A DNA stretch of 64,000 nucleotides, taken from positions 1,240,001 to 1,304,000 of the forward strand of contig MU058687.1 of the NCBI GenBank assembly GCA_013265495.1, given 5' to 3'. Numbering within the stretch: position 1 is the stretch's first letter; the number at the start of each line of letters is the position of its first letter. The translations under genes and the position numbers were made by a program. Shown here one piece after another: positions 12,561 through 56,238 of this stretch. The stretch comes from Vicugna vicugna. Taxonomy: Eukaryota. The notes under the pieces were generated by a model that was not told where the DNA came from, did no database searches, and saw only the letters and a program-made list of their open reading frames with translations.

Positions 12561-13885
12561 GGAGGTTGTAAAGGTCACAGACCAGGGGCCTCCAGGGAGA
12601 ATAAATGTGTGTGGGGGAGGGGAATACCTTCTATAGACACAGAAAGTGTTATTCTTATATTGCTAGAGAAACAGTCAATGTCATAATGTTCCCTTCGATC
12701 TCAACATGTTTAGGGCTTCATTATATCAGGAATATTTATTGGCCTTCGAATTTAGCTTGACTGGCTCTTTGGGAAGAAAAACCCTTTTTCTATCTTAAGT
12801 CTCTTCCTGGATAGCAGAGGATGACAGAGGGTAAAAAATGCTGCTTGTTAATGTCCATGTGTTATACTGCTTTATCCAAAAATCTTCAGTGCAAGTAAAG
12901 GCTATAAATTTTAAAGTTCAAAAGGTTAAGCAATGGGAAAAATCTCATGGTGAAACTCACTTCGTTGAAAAGTACGCGGATGCGCTGAGACAGTATTAAC
13001 AGCAGTATACTGAATGCAGCACAGCATCTTTGGCTAACATTTGCTTTAAGTCATTAATTTTTGCACTTTTCACAGCTACAAAGGAGGTAGCAGAGATGTG
13101 ATATAGTGTTTTTCTCCCTAATGCTCATTATTCTGTGAGGTTTAGTGATCAGCATGTTTATTTCCACAGTTAATCACTGAAGCAATAAATGATTTTTGGC
13201 TTTGTGGCAGGAAGGAACATGTTTTGTAGTCCTAACTACAGCCTGCTCTGCCCTGACACTATCATGAATAATACTTCTTTGGAGGGCCAGGGATGCTATT
13301 TGAAAGAATTTATTTACAGTACATCCTTGCTTCAGAGTTGTTCTATTATAAATGTTTCCAAATATATGGCAAAACCAAATGAAATGTGAGTTTAAGGCTG
13401 TTCTTGCTTTAAATTTTAGTGAAATGTTCAGCCAAGAGAAGTCATAACTTGGCTGTGCTATGCCAGGGAGACCAAATGCAGTTCAGTCTCTTTGAGGGAA
13501 AACAGTTTTACAAACACAAACTGGCATCATCATTTGAAAAAGCTGACTATGACTAAGGAGGTCAGTACAAGATGTGTCCCTTCCTCTTTTAATGACTCAT
13601 TTTTTTTCCTCCCTCTGTATCTTAAGCATTTTCAAAGTTTTTATGGGAAAAAAGTTGTAGTAGCAGAAATGATTGTTAGCAAGAAAAAGAAACTGGGAAG
13701 AAGCAAAGATTATTTTTGTGCAAATGTCCCTTGCATTGTTTCTGTTATAAGACCATCAATTTACTTATATTAAGACTCATTGAATCAAAGATTCGTGAAG
13801 GCCTAGAGTCTGGGTGTTTTATCCCCAGTGACAAAGGTCCATACGCAGGCTTACTGAGGCATAGCACTGATTGAGAGTTTAAATG

Positions 13886-13891
13886 TTTATT
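13886..13891 (-). terminator. NEK9: Candidate NEK9 polyA signal (further AATAAA at 13157-13162)
   Basis: AATAAA on the minus strand about 2.4 kb after the stop. Confidence 0.45.
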
Positions 13892-16276
13892 TAAAACAGA
13901 AATGCCAAACCACTCCACCCTCAACCTTTCAAACATCTGGCTAACAATAAGCTAATTCTTCAGCAACAATGTCAGAGCAGAGGAGTAACTCAGGTTATAC
14001 TATAACTCAAAAGCAATACTACTGGAAAACTTAAAACACCTAGCACTACATAAAAAAGAAAAATAGGACACAATTTAAGAGAATGAGCTAGAGAAAACCA
14101 TTCAAAGGCATTTCTGATGCTTCACCTTCCACTTTTTATCTGATGTGTGGCTGCCACCTTTGAACTGGTTTCTATTTGCATAGCTTTTTGGTGGGTAAAA
14201 TCGTATGGCTGTCCCAGGCACAATTTGGGAAAGTGCAAATTGTCTCTAAGGCACAGAACTTAGATTCTCAGCCAGATTAACAGCAAACGTAAACTTCTCA
14301 AGGGAACGTGCTAGAGAAAATGACCCCAGCGTTCCACTGCTAGAGAGTGATTCCCCCTCTGGAGCCAGAGAAGGGCTCTCACCCTCTCTTCAATGCTCAC
14401 TTTCATCCCACAGTCTCAGCAACGTGCCCATGTTCCTCAGTTCCATGGCAGAAGCAATACTCATGATTAACAACCAAACAGACCCTGCCTCTCAGGCCTG
14501 CTGAGATGGTGAGCATGAGGGATACAGGAACGTGAAAGGCCAGTCAGTCCTTAAAAAAAAAAAAAAAAAAAAATCAAAGTTGCATTTACATGATGAACCA
14601 AAACCCATTGTTAGGGTTTGTAGCAAACCCCCAAGTCCCCAGAACTTGTAACTTTAATCCAGGGTTGGCCCCTTCCCTTATTTTAAGAAAAGGCTTCGGT
14701 GATTACATTAGTACCATTGTACTAGGCTTCCCAGAATTGAGAAAACAATGGGAATATCAAACCAAAGAAGATCCCATTGAATAGAGTTGCCCATCCCCAG
14801 CTGTGGGGTTTTCCCAGAGCAGCAGCCTTTACACCATCAGTTTTAGGGAAATAGCAAAAATTTCCATTGCACAGGTCCTCCCAAAACATTAAACAGATAT
14901 CAAACATTCATTTTTTGGTTCCAGAAAATAAAACAAAAATTAATCTAGCTGTTTCTAGGGAGGTAGGATGTGACACTCATTAAGGCAGTTCCTGTGACCC
15001 AAGATACTAAAGGAACATTCCAAAGGTTAGAGGTGGAAACACATAGCTCACATCCTTAAGAAGAACCATCAAATGTTTCTAGGACACTTTCTCTCTTCAG
15101 GAAAGCTTAGCTTGCTCCTGTCTACAAGGACATGAAGACACATGGATCAGAAGGGATCTCTCAGCCAAATTCCTCTCACTTGGCAGGTTCCTCTTGTACT
15201 GTTAGGCTTCAGGGACTACCAGGTTTTGGTGCTGGCTTTGGGCCACTCAAGTAGGAAAGATGATGCATATTCACTGATATGGCTTCATAAAATTCCAAAA
15301 GGGGAAAAATACTGACTAGACATACAGAAAGGGAGTGGTTGGGGCTGCTGTCAAGATTAGAACCCTAAGAGCCACAAAGGCAGAGGCACAAGAAGCCTTC
15401 TTGGGCAGAAGACTCAGTCACTCTAGGCTCTCTTGAAGATACCAAGTAGAGGCATATAAAGGAGGACCTCCCCTCATGGTTTTCTCTTGTCTGTTCCTAC
15501 TGACTTAATTCTCTGCAAGATGCCTCATCTCTTAGAGGTATCTTCCAAACCTAGGAAATCCCACACTGCACCAGCCTGAAACTCCTGCTGTGTGATGAGG
15601 AAGGACCTGCCCTTCTTTCTCTACTCCTCACTGAAGAAATTTCAATCAACCCTCAGAGGAAAAGCAATCTAATCTACTTCTCCTCCTAAAGCATTTAGCT
15701 GCACAAAGTAATTGAACTTTCTGAAAACAAGCCCCAGATTGACTCCACCAGACATATTTTCCTGGACTCCGGCTCCTGAGAGGGCTTAGAACACTTTACC
15801 ACTCTCCAGATGACCCTGGATGGGCCACACTGGTTCCAGCCCACTCCAGCTTTACACTTTAACCTCCTCCACCCAGAGGTGCAATGCCTGGTGTTGAATT
15901 CCTAAGGCAGCTTCCAATTCATGGTGAAAATGACAAATGGGATATAAGCTGCTACCAGCAAAATTAAGGTGAGCATTGTGTCTCCTCTTCAAAGGTGGGA
16001 TCACCAGATGAGGTACAGAGCTGCTGTTGCTATGGCAGTCACTGAGGACAGAGCCAGGGCCACGGGGCCCTTCCATTTTCCAACACAAAATCACTCCTAG
16101 ATCCTATCTAATAGGCAATGCTACTCTCCAAGTGTACATGGAAAGTGCTTCAGAGCCTCTGCCTTGCGCTCCTTGTCTGCAAGTGAATGAAGCCAGGAAA
16201 GCGCTCTCTGCATTCAGTAAGTGTGCTGTGAAGGTCTTTGGATCCCAGTTTCCTGGAGGCTGTAAGGCTTAGGAGA

Positions 16277-48180
<31,904 letters not shown>

Positions 48181-48360
48181 CTATCTCAAAGGCAGTGACT
48201 GGGGAATCGAAGTCTATAATACCTATATCGGAGATGTTATAGTAAAGATATTATACTAAGCAGGAATATTTGCCCCGTCATCTCAGTCCGTGGGTTCAGG
48301 TATTTCTTCCAGAACTACTCTGAGTCCCTCCCTCTTCCACAAAGCTCTCAAGAATATTTT

Positions 48361-48460
48361 GTTTCCTTTTCCATTTTCTTTTTTATTTTTAAAATAGAGG
48401 TACTGGGGATTGAACCCAGGATGCTAAACATGCGCTCTACCACTGAGCTATGCCCCCCTC
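48361..48460 (-). mobile_element. tRNA-derived SINE (camelid Vic-1-like), small internal deletion
   Basis: 12-bp TSD caagaatatttt (48349-48360, 48461-48472). A/B boxes present. Homologous to the copies at 50647 and 55705. Confidence 0.85.
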
Positions 48461-50646
48461 CAAGAATATTTTAAGTCCACTCTCCTTTCTTTTTCTTTTT
48501 CCAGATTTCACATTCTCCTTCCATGTGTCTTTCCAAATCTTTGACCATCTGATCTCATGAAACATTCTTTGAGCGCTAGGTGCCACATACTGTATTTGGA
48601 GGTGGGGAGTCTGCAGAGATGCTCCCTGCCCTCAGGTCTAAGAGAACTGCGATACAGTGGAAAAACGTGTTTCATCATTTATGTAACCTTGGGCAACTTC
48701 ACATCTATAAGGTGGTTTTTTTAATCTGTAAAATTGTGGGAATATGACCTACAGAGATAATAGCTAACATTTATTGTTATATTCTTGGTACTGTGCTGAA
48801 GGTTTCCTTTCCATGTATCATCCCATTTAATCTTCATATTATTTCCATTTTACAGGCAGAACTGAGATAGAGGGGTTAAGTAATGCTCAATGTTACACAA
48901 CTACTCAGGGGAGCTGGGAGTCAAAACCAGCAATATGGCTCCAGGTCTCTCTGAGAACAGGATGTACTGGAGCTAAGAGAAGATCATGTGGCTGGAGGTC
49001 ATGGCATAATGTGGGGTAGAAGCAGGAAGACAGGGGCCTCAAATGTTTACTTTGGAATTTGGCTTTTCCTATGGACAGTGGAAATTTACTGATTTTTAAG
49101 CAGGGGACTACATAATTTGTGTGACTATATGTCCCAATTTGCTGGGGATGTCCCAATTTATACCTTTCCCCCCTAGCATAATTCATTAATGGAGTCTTCT
49201 TTTGCTCAAGTGCCCAGCTCAGATGATAAACAATATGATCACCTCACATAAGACCAAAGTTATACTTCACAAAGAACTCTAACAACAATATGGAATACAA
49301 AGACTGGAGACTGGTACTGGGGTGCTTTCTGTGTGTGGAGAGGAGGCCCAGATTTAAGAAATTCATCTGGAAAAAAAAATTCATCTAAGGATTATTTAGA
49401 ACATTGTCATCAGTTGGGATATGGTTGGTGAGGCAAGTCTGAGTCCAGGAGATTCAGGTCTAGGTTTCTGAGTAGGTGGATACTGACAGCAAACATAGGA
49501 GGAAAAGAATTGGTAGAATGGGGTGAAGGGTATGAGAGCTAATGAGTTCACATTCCTCTGACCTCTAGAGTTCATCAACATTCCTTTTAAAGTATGATGT
49601 CCTATACTCTGTATAACGTTCCACATTGGGTCTGAATAGTAGAGTACAAGGAATTTCAGTCTTCCTTGATCTGGATCCAATTTTTCTAATGTCCCAGCCT
49701 TCATGATGATCTGCTTATATTGTGCTTATATTTAACCAGACCTATGTCTCTTTCTCATCCTATCTGAACCAAAGTAACACAGCCCTCCCACCAGATCATA
49801 TCACTCCTTATTTTCTTCACAATGCTTATCTATAAAATTGATGTCTTGTTTATTATGTTTACTTTATTGACTATCTCCAATTATTAGAATATTAGCTCCA
49901 TGAGAGCCTGGATTTTATGCTTTTGTTCATAGTGATGTATCATCAGTGCCTAGAGAAGTGCTTGATATTATGGGCTTAAAAATTATTTGTTGAATGAATA
50001 TCAGATCATTATTATCTGGTATGTATGTAACATTTTTTAAACCTAAATGTATGACTGACTGATAATCCTTGTTAAATTTCATTTTGTTGGTTTAAATCCA
50101 GGGGTCTAGATTGTACAGATAGTTCTGAATTTTCAATTCATTCATTCAACAAACACTGAGTACCAACCTGTGCCAGGTGCTGTGCTGGGTTACAAAAGAG
50201 AACAAAATAAACATGGTTGCTACTCTTCTGGAGCTTACACTCCATATAACAATTAACCAGGCAATTACAGCAGTGTGTAAGTGCTATTATAAGGAAAGTA
50301 CAATCTTCTAGAAAGAGGGCAACTTTCCAAGCCAAATTAGCTGGGTTAATGAAGGCTTTCTGGAGGAATATCCAAAATGTTAAGTCAGTGATGGCTAAGG
50401 AAAGTAGGGAGATCATCCTGGATAGAGGCCATTCCATCTACTTCCTCCTGTTAATTAGAAGGCACCTTGAGGATAAGCATGCTTCTTGTTTATCTGGGTC
50501 TACTCCAGAGTTTAGTTCAGCACATTAAACAGAATAATCAATAATTGTTTTTTGAGTTGAATGGAAAAACCAGTTACTTAAAACCGTAAGTGTTGACTTT
50601 CATTCCAAGAAGCTAAGTAGTTTTCAGCCAAAGCTTAAAAATTCAA

Positions 50647-50790
50647 GGGGGGGATATAGCTCAAGTGGTACAGTGCATGCTTAGCATGCATGAGGTCCTG
50701 GGTTCAATCCCCAGTACCTCCTCTACAAACAAATAAATGTAATTACCTGCCTTCCCCAATTAAGTAATACAGTAATAAGTAAAATACTTT
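50647..50790 (+). mobile_element. tRNA-derived SINE (camelid Vic-1-like)
   Basis: GGGGGGGATATAGCTCAAGTGGTA...GAGGTCCTGGGTTCAATCCCCAGTACCTCC followed by an A-rich tail. Confidence 0.85.
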
Positions 50791-51224
50791 TTAAAAATTT
50801 GTTTTTTCTGACATCTTTGCAATGAGGAACTAGACAATTTTCTGTAACTTGGTTAGCCTGATGTTGTGAATTGTTCTAGTTATAACACACAGATATAAGC
50901 TTAACAAACATCCTTTTCCATCTCAGAGAATACAGAACAGAAACACTCTTGCTCAGCACTTCATTATACAAGATATAAATGAAACTAAATATCTGACTTT
51001 TGAATATTCTTAAGTCCTCAACATTCTGAAGGTATAACTGATTTAACTGATTTTAAAGTGCCCTTGCAAAAAAAAATGGGTATTTCAATTTTATACTTTA
51101 ACAAGCAAATAGTTAGGATGATATATAGCATACATTCTCACTTGTGAATAGCAGATCCCCACAGGCCAAAGAGTTACTGTTAATGTTAAAGAAACTACCA
51201 AAGTACTAAGCAAAGTCTCTGTCT

Positions 51225-51520
51225 TCACTGTCCAATATAGTAGACACTAGCTACATGAAACTATTAAGCATTTGAATTGTGGCGTCTGAATGGACATGTG
51301 CTGTAGCTATAAAATGCACACTAGTTTTCAGACTTTATATGGAAAAAGAATGTAACGTATCTTTGTCATTTTTATATTGACTACAGGTTGAAATTGTTTT
51401 GGATACATTAGACTAAATATATTATTAAAGTTAATTTCATCTGTTTCTACTCTTTTAATGTGGTACTAAAAATTCTGTATTATTCATGGGGCTCATGTTA
51501 TTATGTGAGATACCACAGTA
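51225..51520. mobile_element. MER33-like element
   Basis: cactgtccaatatagtagacactagctacatg...tattattaaagttaatttcatctgtttc. Confidence 0.65.
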
Positions 51521-52317
51521 GCAGACTGAATAGGTAATAATTCTCAAAACATGTACAACTGTTTAGCGTGTATATGATACTGCTGAGACAACTAAATTTA
51601 AATTCACTTATACATTTTGCTGAATTCATTATTTATGTTCTCTAAAACATCAGGGAGAAATAAGATATTTTTGATGTTAAAGTATACTCAAATGTTGGGA
51701 ACCACTACCTTACTGACTATAGATTCACTGACATAATTTATTGTTTTTTGGGGGAATGGAGGAAGAGGATAAAAAGAGGCCAGCTAGTCAATGTGCAAAG
51801 CACTTCAGGTTGACTCTTAGAAGCTTTATGGAAAATGTTCAACTCCAAGTAAAAGGAAAAGAGAAGATGGCTTTGCTTGCTAGAGTGGGGTTTTGCATAG
51901 ATATAATGGGCCAAAAAAGCAAGTCCTGCAAGGTTCTAAATTGGGAGGGGTATTTTAGGAATGGAGGGAAAGGTTGAAGACTCTCTGTAGGAATAATTCC
52001 AATAGCAGTTTTCAAAACAGAGAAGCTACAGAGAATTCCTAGTTAACAAAACCCTATTTGGTCTTTCTGAATATGTGTAATTATTATTATTTATATACAC
52101 ATTATGTATAGTTTATACACTTATATATAAAGCATAATAAACTTTAGCTCACATAAACTTTATCCATCTGGAGTAAATTATGGACTTTTTCCCCTCTAAT
52201 TTGTCACATATAATTTGCCATACTTTAATAATGAGGAATATGGAGGAATTATTGCCAATCCAGACAAAGAAATACTCAAGAGTAACAGAAAAATACACCT
52301 AAAATGGTCTGCTAGAC

Positions 52318-52323
52318 TTTATT
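52318..52323 (-). terminator. TMED10: Probable distal TMED10 polyA signal
   Basis: AATAAA on the minus strand followed by a GU/U-rich tract (gtgtatttttctgtt). A proximal ATTAAA lies at 54780-54785. Confidence 0.65.
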
Positions 52324-53652
52324 TGAGAAAATTTACACAAAAATCCCCAATCCAATACTTACAAGTGAATCTGTATAAATCCCACATGCCTCTTTCCATT
52401 AAACAAACAGAAAAATGGCTTATGACAGGGGATTACGACAACAGATAACAAAGCTTACTAAAACTGTATCATTCTCATCAATCATTTACAGACTGTTGAT
52501 TAACCGGGTCAAAAATGGAGGAACGCAGATAACATCCTTGTTTTTAAAGCTGATTTGCTCTTGCACTAATCTTTTACCAAAAGCAAAATTTTTACTTATT
52601 AGATAAAATCAAGGTATAATGTCAATGAACTTTAAATCTAAAGCATAAATGCCCAAGTTGGTAGTTTTGGCATGAGTAAAAGGAAAGGACATGAAAAGAA
52701 TTTCAGTTTCACGAAGTCATATTTGGGAATAAAACATCAGCAAAATAAAATATTCTCCTCTCCTATCTTCTCAGACATTTTGTCAGAACAGAAGACTAAC
52801 CAACTCAATAGCTTTCATTTCTTCTAAAAGGGAGAAAGGCACCAGTCAGAAATATGAAACAGTATCTTGTTAGGCTAATGGTACAGAACAGAATTTCACC
52901 TTTAAGCATCTAGGGATGGATCTTAACTCACAAATTTGGTTATTTTCTTTCCTGCTTGGATATATCCTCTGTTGTTCAGTATGTGTAATACCACAGATAG
53001 ACCTTATCCACATCTGCTGCCTTTATGATGAGGATTTGACTGCCAGGGCCTCAGAAGCAGTACCTACCAATTCTTAACAGCAGATGGCAATGTTGCACAA
53101 ATTAATGAAAGAACCACTTTTATGCCACACCAGAGAAATTCACACAGGGAGTCAAAGGAAGGGGGAAAAAAGGCTTTGGGGTTCACAGTAGCTGGAACAT
53201 TAAGAGAAGAGCCTGAGATTTTAACAACATAACTCACTCCCTCTTCCCCCTTTGTACTTTATCCAGGTCATCACAGCAGCACTCTCTTGTTAATTCCAAT
53301 ACGCTGCCAAACTACAGGGCCCTAAATCCTGTAATTCCTGCCGTTGCTATTAGACAAGCCCTATAACAGTCGGCAGGGGTCAAAAAAGAGATTACAGAAA
53401 GGACAAACTCCTACCTACTTTACTGGAAGAAATGGCGAAAATTTCAAGTGATGGTATTTTTCACAATTGTTTACGAACATGGTCATGTGTGTCCACACTT
53501 TCTCTTATTTACATTAGTATTGGCCTTTAGGCACTTCATATTCCCATAGTGATTCTTGGCTTTGCTTTCACAACATATATTTTCAAGTATTTACTCTATT
53601 CATGATCCTCCCAGGTGTGTTATTTTTAAATAACTCTTATGTCTTCATTCTC

Positions 53653-53704
53653 TAGATGGAACACGTAAGAACAGAAATTAGATGGAACACATAAGAACAG
53701 AAAT
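53653..53704. repeat. 26-bp tandem duplication
   Basis: tagatggaacac(g/a)taagaacagaaat twice. Confidence 0.9.
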
Positions 53705-53794
53705 TAAGTCAGTGACTTGCCGTGTAAGAAGACTTGGTAAATTTTACTTATTTTTTCTTTTGTAGAAGTCAGGTTAAAAATTTAAGCAACCACA

Positions 53795-54720
53795 TAACGG
53801 ACAAAAGACTTGTATCTAGGATATACAAAGAACGCTCAAAACTCAATAGTGTAAACCAACTATACTTCAATTAAAAAAAACCCCAATAGTAAAAAGAACA
53901 CACAATCTAATTATAAAATGGGCAAAGGACATGAACAGCTATCTCACTGAGGAAGATAAACAGATGACAAATAAACACATGAAAAAGATGTTCAACATCA
54001 TCAGCTATCAGGAAAATGCAAGTTAAAACCACAATGAAGTATCATTACATATGCCTATCAGAATGACTGAAAAATAAAAAATAATAGCAAATACTGGTGA
54101 GGATGTGGAGAAACTGGATTGATCATACATTGCTGGTGGGAATATAAAATGGATAGTCACCCTGGAAAAAGAGCAGGACAGTTTCCTACAAAAATAAACT
54201 GTTTTCCATACAACCCAGCAACTCATCTCTTGGGCATTTATCCCAGAGAAATAAAAATTTATGTTCACATAAAAAGAACCTGTACATGAATGTTCACAGC
54301 AACTTTATTAGTTAGTAATGGCTGAAAACTGAAAACAACAACCCTGATGTCTTTCAGTGGGTGAATGGTTAAACAAACTGTGGTATATCCACACTATGAA
54401 ATATTACTGAACAATAAAGTGGAACAAACTGGTGGAATATGCAACAACTTGGATGGATTTCAAGGGCATTATGCTGAGTGAAAAAAGTCAATCTCAAAAG
54501 GTTACATACTATATTATTCCATTTATATAACACTCTTAAAATGACAAAATTAGAGAGATGGAGAACAGATAAGTGGTTGCCAAAGGCTGAGGCTTGGGGG
54601 TAAGGAAGGAAGTGACTGTGGCTATAAAAGGGTAGCACAAGCGATCCATGTGGTGGAATGGCTCTGCATCTTGTGACGGTAGTCACATGAATCTATACGT
54701 GATAAATGTACAGAACTAAA
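53795..54720 (+). mobile_element. Old L1 (L1MB/MC-type) 3' portion within the TMED10 3' UTR, antisense to the mRNA
   Basis: aaatgggcaaaggacatgaacag, gaaaagatgttcaacatc, ggtgaggatgtggagaaactgga, aaacaaactgtggtatatcca. Confidence 0.85.
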
Positions 54721-55392
54721 CACACATAAACACATAAACACACAAAAAGAAAAAAGTTCAAGCAACTGAGCACAAATATTTTAATTCTCTAAAATGAAAT
54801 TTTCTTTAAGAGTTATCTACACTTCAAAGCTCATTTGTATGAGGTGTCACATCCATCACCCTTTAAAGAGACACAAACTTATGAAAGGGTATCACCAGAA
54901 GCTACCTAAACATTTCAGCTAAGAATCAAGAGAAAGTTAAGGGTGTTGTCACACAAAAATTCAAACAGGACAATCTGAATGAAACAAGTTCAACATGGTC
55001 ATACAAATCTTGGTAAAGGAACTAGAGTGGAAGCCCAATTGGTGAGCAAGTGGGAGAAGGAAAGAAAACATGGTTCAAACAGATCATACGAGGAAACCCA
55101 GTACAAATGCTGGCTTTGGCATTATCTAGGTAACCCCTATTTTTTTGTCATAGGTGACTCTAATAATAGTCTTACTGTCAAAACCAGTCCAAGTCCTACC
55201 AAGTTAAAAAGAAGTCCCTCTTTGACTTATTGGGTGTAGGTGGTAATGACGTCCTCCCACACCAAAAGAGATCAGTTCTGGCGAGAAAGCTCCAACGTGC
55301 CATGATGGTGCTGTTGGTAGGATGCTTAGGCTAGGCACGTCCCAGCGATGTTCTGCTGGCTAAGATACAAGGTAGGAGGAGACTGGGCTTTA

Positions 55393-55514
55393 TTACTCAA
55401 TCAACTTCTTGGCCTTAAAGAAGCGACGCAGGTAGAAGACCTGCCAGGTAGCTAGTCCAATGAGGCAGAACATTGAAAAGATGCTGAAGTACAGGACCCG
55501 AGTATTTGTTGACT
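55393..55514 (-). CDS. TMED10: TMED10 last coding exon (TM helix, FF and KKLIE tail)
   Basis: 122 nt after a poly-T acceptor, ends in TAA. Confidence 0.96.
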
Positions 55515-56238
55515 CTAAAAAAAAAAAAAAAAAAAGTGTTGTAAATGTAATGTAATGAAGTGAGGATCAGCAGGCTAAACGATGGCCAGAGGAAAAGGCA
55601 ATTAATTAGCTTCACTCTGTCCCTAGGCCTTACAGTAGGATTTCAGATAGTTTTTTCTTAACTTTTCATTATTCGATATATAAATATTGAAAGTTACAGA
55701 GATTGAGGGGGAGGTATAGTTCAGTGGTAGAATGCATGCTTAGCATGCATGAGTTCCTGGATACAATCCCCCATACCTCCATTAAAATAAATAGATAAAT
55801 AAATAAACCTAATTATCTCCCCCACAAAACAAACAAAAAACTTAAAAATTACAGAGATTAGTACTATCAGTTTGATACACTAAGCTGACTGAGAATATGG
55901 TCAACTGCTTATCACAGAGAAAATTGCTATTCCTCTGAAAATCTAACATAGCTTATTTACCCGTAGCAGCAACAATACTGAAGTAAGCAATTATCCTTCA
56001 TACAACCCCCTTTGGCAAAACAGAAAAGGGCACACCAGAATTTAAAGTGTGGGGACCTGTCTCCTTCATGGTGCACACTTATTGAGAAATAAGAGCCATC
56101 ATTCCACTCACCATTGGTATCACGCATCTCTTCCTCTCGCTTCTTCATATAGGCGAAATCATTAACAATAGACTCTGAAAGGTCTTCTAGGCGTCGTAGC
56201 TCCACCTCCAAAGGTTTGAGCTTCTCAACTTTTGCAAT
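55393..56238 (-). CDS. TMED10: TMED10 (p23/TMP21) C-terminal part, join of the last two coding exons. Upstream exons lie beyond the window.
   Basis: [82 protein letters not shown]. Confidence 0.96.
55705..55848 (+). mobile_element. tRNA-derived SINE (camelid Vic-1-like) in the last TMED10 intron
   Basis: TSD ttacagagatt (55694-55704, 55849-55859). Degenerate B box. Confidence 0.85.
56112..56238 (-). CDS. TMED10: TMED10 penultimate coding exon (coiled-coil)
   Basis: 127 nt, ttccag|ATT...AATG|gtgagt. Confidence 0.96.

Noticed and set aside
12978..13030. Weak hairpin whose minus strand contains TAATACTGTCT (miR-200/429-like 5' end)
   Set aside because: The stem is short and interrupted and the match stops at about 11 nt, so it is not a credible pre-miRNA
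50647..50725. tRNA-like sequence (also at 48390-48460 and 55705-55780)
   Set aside because: A-rich tails, TSDs on two copies and three diverged copies show these are SINEs, not tRNA genes
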